64,000 nucleotides of DNA from Chiloscyllium plagiosum (taxonomy: Eukaryota): assembly GCF_004010195.1 (NCBI RefSeq), contig NC_057725.1, positions 32,206,045 to 32,270,044 of the forward strand, written 5' to 3'. Below are positions 54,101 to 64,000 of this stretch, in pieces. Below the pieces are notes generated by a model that saw only the letters and a program-made list of their open reading frames with translations, was not told the DNA's origin and made no database searches. The position numbers were made by a program, and so were the translations under genes. The stretch's first letter is position 1. Each line of letters starts with the position of its first letter.

Positions 54101-57100
54101 AAGAGGGAAGGAAAGAATAGGGAGAGGGATAGTGAGGAGATTGGGGAAATAGTGAGGGAGAGGGAGAGTGAGGGATGGAGAAAAAGCGAAGGAAGAGTGA
54201 TGGAGATTATTACATTAATAACACTCAAAAGTGAAACGAGAAGTTAAATTACATGTTACTTTCTTCAGGCTCAGGTGATGCCAGGAGTTTTGTATTTGTC
54301 GAGAATGGAGGGGTTCAGAGTGAGGTAGTCGAATAGTGTTGATGAATTTGGTATGAATGTTTGAGTTTGAGTGGAAGATGCAGCAATGCATCCAGTCTGG
54401 AGCAGTGTGAGCTTATATTCAATATGATGATATGCAGTCATTAAATGGAGGAAAGGTGAGTCCTCACCAGATTGGCCACCTTGTTGGTATCCTTCCAGGG
54501 ACGAATGTTTTTACTGTATTGAGATCCTGACAGCATGCCACAGAATACTTCCACCATCAGACTCAGTCCGTATCCTTTATAACCACCTGAAAAGAGAACA
54601 CAGCTTCCAGCTCCAATAATGTTTGGCCAGTTCCAGCAATCAACCAATCTGCTGGGTCAACACACTCTCTCTCTCTTTCTCTGCTTCCCTTTCCTTCCCT
54701 CTCTCCTCTACTCATGCATTTCTACTTTCACCTCTCATCCTTCCTGCCCCCTCTCCTACTTTCCACTCCTTTTCTCCAATCCCATTGTTTTTCTCTTCTT
54801 ATCCTTTTTTCCTTCACCTCCAACGGCTCTATTCATTCCATCCATTCTGTCTCTTCTTTCTTGAAGTAGGGAATTCCCTCACTGGGATACAGATGGATGC
54901 TGGAAACCTGCAGTAATTCATCTGACCTGTCACTGTTCATGCACTAACCCCCATGAGTGTGAGTGGGCTATCTGCCCTTAGGAGGGAATATGTCCAGGCT
55001 CAATCTGCTTTCAGTTACCCTAAATGGATCTTAGTACCAAGGAATATTGAAGGACAAATCAGCTAGATATTCCCACGTTAACGTGCCATCAAATATTTGT
55101 TTGTCTGCATTGAATGGCTTCCCCCATTTACTACCAGAGGTACAGTGTTCTAGTGAAAAGCAAAGTCCAGAACCCTACGGTCAGCTACCATCTCCACAGG
55201 TTGGTTCAACCCTCTCAACTGACTAATGAGATAGATAAAATCCCTAGTGTGGAAACAGACCCTTCGACCCAACAAGTCCACACTCACTCTCTGAAAAGTA
55301 ACCCACCTAGACTCATTCCCCTACCCTATTAACATTAATTTACTCCTGACTAATGCACCTAACCTACACATCCCAGAATACTATGGACAATTTAGCATGG
55401 CCAATAACCTGCACATCTTTGGACCATGGGAGGAAACCCAAACAGACACGGGAAGAATGTGCAAACTCAACACAGACAGTCGCCCGAGGTTGGAATCGAA
55501 CCCAATTCCCTGACGCTGTGAGGCATCTGTGCTAACCACTGAGCCACCGCACAGCCCTGGTTCTCTTCCATAATGAACAAGAATTGGAGGAAGCATTGAG
55601 GCATAGATCCACTCTGGACGGGACCTCAATGCCCATCATCAAGAGTTATTCAGTAATGATATGAATGTAACAAATTCTGAATGTTCCAGGTGGTGAATGA
55701 ATGTACACAAGCAAGTTACTTTATCAGAAACTCACAGCAAAGTGCTTATGTTGACAACAACTTTGATCTAGCAAAGCAAAACTGGATATCAAGAACACAT
55801 CTAAGTATCACTCATTGATATTCACAGCATTGCCATCACTGAATCCCCCACTGTCAATATCTTGGGAGTTACTATTGATCAAAAACTGAACAGGGCTTGA
55901 TGTATAAATACTGTGCCTACAAGAGCAGGTTAAGAGGCTATGAACACTGCAATGACTCCTCAAGATATGTCTATCATGTACAGTGCGTAAGCCATGAGTT
56001 ATGGAAAATTTGCTTGCCTGGATGATTGCAACTCTAAAAAAAGTTAAAGCTTGATACCATCAAGGATAAAGTAGCCTGCTTGATTGGCAACACATCCACA
56101 AACATTCACTGCCGCCAAACCCAATGCTCAATAGCCACTATGTACAAGATGCACTACAGAATTTCACCATAGCTCCTTTGACAGTACCTTCCAAACGCAT
56201 CACTACTTTCATCTAGAAGATCAAGGCAGCAGATACATGGGTACAACACCACCTGCAGTTTCTTCTACTTGCTACTTACCATCCAGATTTGGAAATGTAC
56301 CATCGTTTCTTCACTGTCACTGGGTCAAAATTGTGGACTACTCTCTGCCTAATGGCATTATGGGCCTACCCACACTAAATGGACCACAGTTCTTCAAGAA
56401 GACAGCCAACTGCTACCATCTTGAAGCAACTAGAAATGGGAAATAATCTGTGGGTCAGCTTTTAATTTAAAGCAAACTGGAATTGTGAACTTCTGAGTTT
56501 GTTTAACAAAGGAAAAAAACACGAGTGATTCAGAATTTGGTTTTATTTATTCCATAATGCTGGCAATTATGATTCTAATGTGCATAATACAAAACGTTGG
56601 CTGTAATGTGGTAATGGTCACAATGTTGACCTGAAGGTCATCTCAGTTGGAATAGTGCACTTAGAAGAGGAAATAGGAGACAATGGCCAAAATACAAGAC
56701 CAAAGGGTTCTTGGAAAATCCGGCAATCTGAATATAAACTATTTCTACCACTTCAGCAGTCAGGAGATCAATGGCAGTCCATTGTTGCTTGTCCTATTTT
56801 CTATTATACCTAACCACAATTGAGACCATTCTAAATTAAATTATTGTAGATGTTGGAAATCTGAGACAAACCAAAGATATTAAACACTCATGTGGGCAGC
56901 AACAGGACAGAGAGAAATAAAGTTAACATGTCCAATTTTGTGCTGTGAAAGTGTCTGGGCTTTGAATCATTTGAAATCTTCCTCCAAGGTTCACTGTGAT
57001 GATCTATTAACAGAATCCAATCAAACTGGAAATTATCTGTATTGCCTGAATAGATTTACTTCTGGCCCCTTGTATGTTCCCAGCCATCATTGCTCCACCG

Positions 57101-60100
57101 TATGTTCAGTTACCTCAATGTTAAACTTTGAAATTCTGGCATGACACCTCTCTTTACCAATGTCTCTATTTAAAGATACTCTCGAGTGCTTATTCTGCTC
57201 AAGGCTGTCATTACCCTCATATATTTTTTGTGGTAGGGAGTTATACTTTGTTTTATTTCACTTCGAGAAGCATCTTAGTCCACTTCATTATATCTATACA
57301 TCATCTTTAATGTTATTTATTGTTTGGTCAGTCCTGTGTGATTACAACACGAACACTACAAATTTACCTAATACAGTTACATTTGGATAACAACATCATC
57401 TAAACAATGGGCGACTGCTCCTCAGCTAAACTGACTCTAGCTGGTTTTGTGCATTTTCTTCGCTCACAATAAGATGACAACAATAACTTACATTTATCTG
57501 TTGTCTTAAACCTAGTTGAACTTGTCAAGGTACTTCATGATGTGTATGGGTTGGGGTGTGATCTGGAGCAAGGTATCTGGGTGTGATACCTTGGGAGAGA
57601 GCCATCTGTGAAACCATATACCAGTGAGGAGTTTGGTATTTCCAGGAGAAACAATGGCTTAGAAAGACAATTGCATAAAGAATTAAAGAATGCTGCTCTT
57701 CCACAACACTTAAAAATAACAAAAATATTCCCTTTAAAAATAGTGGACCTCTTAAATGTAAGTAATAAAATCCATTTGAGCATGCTGTTATACTATATCA
57801 TCCTGTATTACTGTTGTTATGAATTTCAAATGGCCACAAAACCTGGCTTATACTTACTTACTTTCGCTTTGTTTTGATGACCATCTCATTTGACAAACTA
57901 CCAACAATTAATGAAACAAACTTTGCTTCAGATTTATTTCTATCTTGGTATTTTTTGCTTTTAAATCTTTTGCCCCTCCCTGCCTACTTATATTCATTCC
58001 TCTGTTTTTAATTCCTTTGCTGTTGCGACAAATAGCACACCACTATGACACTTCAATTAAAGCTTCATTAAACAGATCAAAATGAAGGAGACAATTCCTA
58101 AGTGATGATTAGAGTGTGTTGAAAAAGCACAGCCGGTCAGGCAGCATCCAAGGAGCAGGAAAATCGACGTTTTGGGCAAAAGCACTTCGATTTTCCTGCT
58201 CCTCGGATGCTGCCTGACCTGCTGTGCTTTTCCAGCACCACTCTAACCTTGACTCAAATCTCCAGCATCTGCGGTACCCACCTCCGCCTAATTCCTAGGT
58301 GATGTTGAATGAAAGATGTAGGCAATAAATTTTCAAATAAATTTCTTGACTTCAAGAACAATAATAAAATTCAACATCAAACACACACAAACACAGGTAA
58401 TAAGTTAAAAAGAAGGCAGGATGTATAGTACAAACATGAAAATAAAGCAGATACTGTTTCCAGTTCTTAGAGTCTTTGAATTGTGAGATTAAAACCTGAG
58501 TCTGAGTCAGTTTCGCTGTTGCCTTGACAATAGTAAAATTTATGCTGGAGCTTTTGGTGAATGGCTACATTCCCAAGTTGATTCCTTGCTGAGCACTTCT
58601 TTTGAAACATGATAAGACACATAAAGAGGTACAGAGCAAGTCTTCTAGACTGAGTTGTTATGAATCCATTCTACCATCTCTCTCTGCTCTGCTAAGCAAG
58701 CTACTGAAACATTGCTCATTTGTATATTCCCAAGCTGAATGTTCTGCAGGCAACCTTTCATCTCCTAACATGTGAACTCATCATCACGCAAGTGTGAATT
58801 AAACCAGAAATGCAAATTTAATAACTGACTTCGTTGTTTGGTTTCTTCACGCACCAAAATTATCATTTCATCCAACCGATACAGTGTCTTACATATGAGT
58901 TTTCTGGACTGACCTTAATCTGTGGTCAGATGATCCCAGCAGCTGTAATGTAGAGACTACATTATCTTAAAATTCAAAGTGGAAACCTCACCTGATTCCA
59001 ATACAAATGTGAAATGCTTGGCAATGTGAAGACACAATGTGGGGAAAATAATACCTTCAGCTTGTACAGAATTAGCAGATATGTGGGAACACCATCATCT
59101 GCAAGTTCCTCATCAAGCCACACACCATCCTGACTTGGAAATATGTTGTCATTCGTTCATTGTTGCTGGGTCAAACTCCTAACAGCATTGTGGGTCTACC
59201 TACAGCACATGGAGTCGAGAGTGTAGTGCTGGAAAAGCACAGCAGGTCAGGCAGCATCTGAAGAGCAGGAGAATCGACGTTTTGGGCGTGAACCCTTCAT
59301 CAGGAATATGGACTACAGGAATACAGCACATGGACTCGAGTAGTTCAAGAAGGCAGCTCTATATCTATTTGAATACTCTTTGTAGTTTCTTTAAAATTTG
59401 GATATGTTTTTTGCATACATTTCAATATCTTATTGTCATTAACTTCGAGATATTCAAACATCTTATTCATAGAATGAGATGCTCACAGGAGCTACAATTA
59501 AGTGCAACTTTATTAAAAACAGCACGTAACAAATCCACAACAGACAGCTCAGAGCTAAGCTCTGCAGCTCTTCCACATCTAGTTGAGAACAGTAGTAGAC
59601 AACCATTTACCTAACAGGAGGAGGAACATGTCCATTCTCGATTGCACTGTAACACAGTAAGGGAAGTGAAGTGAAGTGTAAAGACAAGATTTAAAAGCAT
59701 CTTCAGGCAAAGGAGCTGAGTGGATGATCCTTCTTAGCATCCTTCCAAGATCTCATCATTCCAGATATCAGTCCACTCCAAATGATATTAGGAATTACTG
59801 TGTGTACTAGACATGATTAAAGTTCTGGGTCCTGATAACATCCCGGCTGTATTGTTGAATAACTCCACTCCAAAGCAAGTCACTCTCTGCTACCAACTTT
59901 ACCAGTCCAGCTCCAATACCTACCCAGACATCACCTATCAAAAACCAACAGGGAATTCAAATCTGGTTAATTTCCACTCCTGTGTTTTAAACAGATTATG
60001 CACCTCTGGGCATGGCACTATAATTGAGTGGTTAATCCTGGACTGAGGTGCGTTCAGCTCTGGTCGGAGCTACTTGGAGTGTTGTGTCCAGTGCTGGTCA

Positions 60101-63100
60101 CTGAGGAACAACACATTCAAACACTGGAGGTGAGCGTGTTGGAGGGTGGATTGTGGTTAGAATCTCTCTGGATAGCTGGATTTAAATAGGTTGCACAACA
60201 TCCTTCATTATAAATAAACTTATGTAAAAGACAAGAAAATACAGATAATCCCTTACTTGTGGCCTCAGCTCCTCCCAGAGGCAGTAGCCCTCCACCCTTC
60301 AGAATCTCTGTTGGATCAGTGGTATCTTTGCCTTTGGAATTGCAGCCCCATCCTTTTGGAACCATCTCTCCACGTCTTTGCTGCACTTCTATCTAAAACC
60401 ATGGAAATTACATAGCTCATAAACAAACTCTTGCAGATTGTCGTCACCAGAACAACAGCAATTTGCATTTATATAGCATATGGCACTTTGTGGGGAGTGT
60501 GATCAAATAACATTTTTCATCAAAGCACAGAAAAGAATATTCAGGCAGATAACCTAAAACAAAGTTAATGGTCAAGATTTTAGAAAACATGTTGCGGGAG
60601 GTGACGGAGACAGAGGGGCTGGCACAGCTAAGGGTATGGACACATGCAATGGGTACATCTTTTTCCATCTGTTCAGAGATGGGAGTAAGGTGGGACTTGA
60701 ACCTGGGTCCCCTGGCTCAGAGATAGAGACATTACTACTACACTGAGCCATAAAAGTAAAGGCACCGTAGTCTTACCAGGCCATAGGGCTGCTCTCTCAT
60801 TAAAGAGAGAGAGGGAGATGACTGGTAGTGGTTTAACCTGAGGGTCACCATGCCTCAGGCATGTGGAGATGTTGAGAAGGAGAATCCTTCATGACAACCT
60901 TGTCTGGTGTGGGAACTGAACCCAAACTGGTGGCATCACTCTTTAAACTGGCCATTCAACCATGGGTACTATAATTAAAATCAGGGATGTTCAAGAGGCT
61001 AGACTTAAATTGGTCCTGGTATGTTGTGAAGCTGGAGAAGATTACAGAGATAGGGAGGATGAGATGATATAAGCACTTAACAACAAGGGATGAGAATTTC
61101 TTTTTGCCTAGCTTTGCCAGAGCAGGACTTACTGTAAATCAGCAGCCACACTGGTAATGGGTGAAAAGGGCTTGTTTTGAGTTAGGATACAGGCAGCAGA
61201 GTTTCTAAGCATGCTATTTCTCTGGATGATGGAAGTGCATCCAGAAGTACAGTTAATTGATCGAGATTGGAGGCGTCAAAGGCACGGATGAGGCAATGTG
61301 CAGTTAATCTATATGACTAGAATGTAAGGAACGAAACTTTGATATACCTTTCCTAGGGCCACCGCTGATGTAGCCATGTCCAGCACAAAGCTGTCACCAT
61401 TCAGGGCTGGAGCAGCAACACTAATAGGATTGGTGCCCAGAGTGCACTGGAAAAAAGTAAATAATAGTTATAAGGTATGATTTTAAAGTGAGTGTAGGAA
61501 CAAAAGATCTGCAGATGATTCTACACAAACCTTTGGAGGTAGTGGAGAAAGTAGAGAAAGCTGGTTTTAACAAAAGGTGAACAGGATCTTGGGTTTTATT
61601 AATCCATCCATAGAGAACAAAAACAAGCAGTTAGGGTAAATGTGTTGCGCTCCACTGGAATATTATGTTCAGTTCTTAGCATTGGCCTCCAGGAAGAACG
61701 TCAAAGGAGGTGCAGAGGAAATTTATTAGAATAGAACCAGGGATGAGGGACTTCAGATAAATGAAGAGAAGAGAAGCTGGGAAAGTTTGCCTTAGTGCAG
61801 GGAGGTTCTGGACTGATTTGATCAAGGCATTGAAAACCATAAAGAGTTTTGACAGAGTAAGGAGAAACTAAAGGACTCAGATTTAAGGTAATTGGCAAAT
61901 GGAGAGCGTGAGAGAAATGTTTTCTCAAGCAGTTCAGTTTTATTTGAAATGTTCTGTGAGAAACAATAGAATCAGATTAAATAATAACTTTAATCAGAAT
62001 TAAATAAATACACCATGTGAGATAGGAAACATATGCAGAATATGGGAAAACACCACAGGGTGATACTGATTAGAAAATAACTGGGACAGGCACAATTGGC
62101 CAAATGCCCACACTTGAATTGTAAATTTCCAGGAAAAGAAGGGTTTGGAGGGATATGGGCCGGGTGCTGGCAAGTGGGAGTAGATTGGGTTGGGATATCT
62201 GTTCGGCATGGACGAGTTGGACCGAAGGGTCTGTTTCTGTACTATAATCTCTATGACTCTATGATCAGTATCTGACCAGTCCAGAAATGATTAGAATACA
62301 CTGCATCAACTAAATGTCCAGATGTGTGTTATCCTCTCCTGCAGGTACTGACCCTCCTACACTAGGTAAAACCTCTCAGAACCAACTTCTGCCCAAAGGC
62401 CGCTGTCAAGGGTAAATGAATGCCAACACGGAAATACCTTGAGGTCATCTTAAAATCTTTACACAAGAATTTGTGCTATTAGGACCACTAGATATTCCTT
62501 GGCATGTGAGACCTTGGCTGGTGCATGGGTTTACTAACCTAGGGGTAACTAATTCCTATTCCTACCACTGAGACTGATCAAATCTACACAGTGAGATTCA
62601 TAGCTGGGACATTCCTGCTCTCCATGATCAATGTTCATGTGGTTTAGAGTTATTGGGATTTGAAGCAGCTGCCCCAGAACTTGCAAATTACAAACTAACA
62701 AAATTTGCTAAATCTCGTAGGCTGGCACCAAATATAATAACCTTGGAAGTAGCAGATTGTTGTGAAAATCCCAAATGGTCCATTGATGCTTTTCAAGGAA
62801 AGAATCTACCACATCCACCAGGCTGATGTTACAGGACTGATTGTTAATGCCGCCTAGAATGTCTGAGCAGGCCTCTCATAGCCAATAAAAACAATTCATC
62901 CAGTGTCCCAACCCCAATACCATAAAAAGACTGGCAAATTCTTTCACATGTAGATGTAGCAGGCTGGTTATAACATTAAAGCTACCCATTAAACAATTCT
63001 CTGTGACTAAAGTCTCAGACTAAAGCTTTACCTTGGTTGCTCTGGTTGGCACTACCACTGGAGAGGTATTAGTGCAAGTCATTCCCTGTTGAAAGTAAAT

Positions 63101-63239
63101 GCAAAGACTGTAAAGAACTGTGAGCCCAATGAGTGATGTTCCAATTCATTCTGTGGTGGACAAGTTACTCTACTTACAATTAAACCGTGTTTTAGTGCTT
63201 GCATAGAATAAAATCCTGCAATGCCGTAGTGATTAGATC
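45119..63239 (-). CDS. Ldh_2-family (class-2 malate/L-lactate/L-sulfolactate dehydrogenase, YjmC/ComC/AllD-like) oxidoreductase, 5'-partial: complement(join(45119..45181,49055..49165,52565..52660,54468..54586,60257..60392,61348..61446,63032..63085,63178..63239))
   Basis: Eight GT-AG exons in consistent phase (740 nt, about 246 aa) give [75 protein letters not shown]...[16 protein letters not shown]...[31 protein letters not shown]...GQCFVAINP...VLTPGDPE...GGIPY...*. The SNHYG, GTNP, LDMATS, GYKGYGL and PGDPE motifs are hallmarks of this family. Confidence 0.92.
45590..47715. repeat. CA-rich minisatellite (cacacacagaccc...) of about 16-18 bp units in the last Ldh_2 intron
   Basis: Visible tandem units; source of the THRP/HTDP pseudo-ORFs. 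Confidence 0.92.
47790..48730 (-). mobile_element. CR1 LINE ORF2 fragment
   Basis: [12 protein letters not shown]...[16 protein letters not shown]...NYRPASL. Confidence 0.8.
49055..49165 (-). CDS. Ldh_2 gene internal exon
   Basis: ttacag|[37 protein letters not shown]|gtgagt. Confidence 0.9.
49250..49505 (+). mobile_element. CR1 3' fragment with internal deletion
   Basis: Matches 7430-7860 with the middle part missing. Confidence 0.8.
50120..52450 (+). mobile_element. 5'-truncated CR1 LINE (ORF2 RT through 3' end) in a Ldh_2 intron
   Basis: [62 protein letters not shown]; same subfamily as 16205-20760. Confidence 0.92.
52565..52660 (-). CDS. Ldh_2 gene internal exon
   Basis: tttcag|[32 protein letters not shown]|gtgcgt. 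Confidence 0.9.
54468..54586 (-). CDS. Ldh_2 gene internal exon
   Basis: tttcag|(S)[39 protein letters not shown]|gtgagg. Confidence 0.92.
55230..55550 (-). mobile_element. HE1-type V-SINE (reverse)
   Basis: Reverse complement of the tRNA head, V-domain and CR1-like tail. Confidence 0.85.
58108..58289. mobile_element. Short Penelope-like fold-back insertion
   Basis: Inverted halves; duplication aattccta(a/g)gtgatg at 58093-58107 and 58290-58304. Confidence 0.75.
59214..59321 (-). mobile_element. Penelope-like terminal fragment
   Basis: Same terminus as 4238; flanked by tacagcacatgga at 59201-59213 and 59322-59334. Confidence 0.7.
60257..60392 (-). CDS. Ldh_2 gene internal exon
   Basis: ttttag|[45 protein letters not shown]|gtaagg. 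Confidence 0.92.
61348..61446 (-). CDS. Ldh_2 gene internal exon
   Basis: ttccag|[33 protein letters not shown]|gtatat. Confidence 0.92.
63032..63085 (-). CDS. Ldh_2 gene internal exon
   Basis: caacag|[18 protein letters not shown]|gtaaag. Confidence 0.88.
63178..63239 (-). CDS. Ldh_2 gene internal exon
   Basis: ttgcag|(G)[20 protein letters not shown]|gtaagt. Confidence 0.88.
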
Positions 63240-63444
63240 CTGCAATGACAATGAGAGACAGTAAATCAAAGCATACTAATAAGAGATGTTCTCAAATCTC
63301 CAGGCCAACACAATAAAAGGTAGTTATCAGGAAGTTAGTGTTTAATGCTGATCAGAGATCAGTGCCAATCTGCTCATAAATCATTTGAAGTGGAGAAAAT
63401 GTATCACTGATGAGATATAACTAGATATCTGTTCATGTGATAAA

Positions 63445-63750
63445 ATCCCGACAGTGTGGAAGCAGGCCATTTGACCCACTGAGTCCACACCGACCCTCCA
63501 AACAGCAACCCCACCCTCATAACCTTTCATTTCCCATGGCTAACTTGCACATCCCTAGATACTATGGGGCAATTTAGTATGGCCAGTCCACCCAAACTGC
63601 ACATCTTTGGAATGTGGGGGGAAACCAAAGCACTCAGAAGAAACCCACAGGGAGAACATACAAAATCCACACAGGCAGCCACCCGAGGGTGGAATCAAAC
63701 CCAGATCCCTGGCACTGTGAAGCAGTAGGGCTAACCACTAAGCCACTGTG
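63445..63750 (-). mobile_element. HE1-type V-SINE (reverse, older)
   Basis: Reverse complement of the same SINE. Confidence 0.8.
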
Positions 63751-64000
63751 CCTGATGGTGATTAAAGAATAAATATCTATCGAAGGACACTGGGAAGAAA
63801 TCTTTTGCTCTCTGGTGTTCTTTCTTGGCCACAAAAGAGGGCACTGGGGGCTTCAGTTTAAAGTCTCATCCAAAATACTGTATCTCTGACAATGCTACTT
63901 CCCTCAGTACTGACCTAACAAAGTGAGGGGCTCCCGCAGTACTGACCCTATGGAAGCCTGGCACTCCTTCAGAACTGAGTATCCAACAATACAACAACCT

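Noticed and set aside
45119-63239. Bacterial contamination or recent horizontal transfer as the source of the Ldh_2 sequence
   Set aside because: The gene is split by seven canonical spliceosomal introns filled with host retroelements.

Overview
Vertebrate genomic DNA, most likely from a cartilaginous fish (shark); this is inferred from the HE1-type V-SINEs, CR1/HER1-type LINEs, Deu-SINE remnants and Penelope termini. Three spliced protein-coding genes were reconstructed by hand, with GT-AG boundaries and matching phases. (1) PSMD13, + strand, complete, 13 coding exons at 2474-30052, 376 aa, starting in a CpG island. (2) A two-exon COX8 gene, - strand, 42780-35514, 77 aa, in the position occupied by mammalian Cox8b/COX8BP. 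(3) The 3' eight exons (63239-45119, - strand) of an intron-containing class-2 malate/L-lactate/L-sulfolactate dehydrogenase (Ldh_2 family) oxidoreductase, whose 5' end lies beyond the window. Most of the remainder is transposon debris: CR1 (including a near-full-length copy), L2-like LINEs and SINEs, plus at least four Penelope-like families whose termini carry minimal hammerhead-ribozyme cores with different, compensating stem-II sequences. There are also several tandem arrays, including a 33-bp satellite that appears to have expanded inside Deu-SINEs. Most ORF-track entries are artefacts of repeats or N-gaps.
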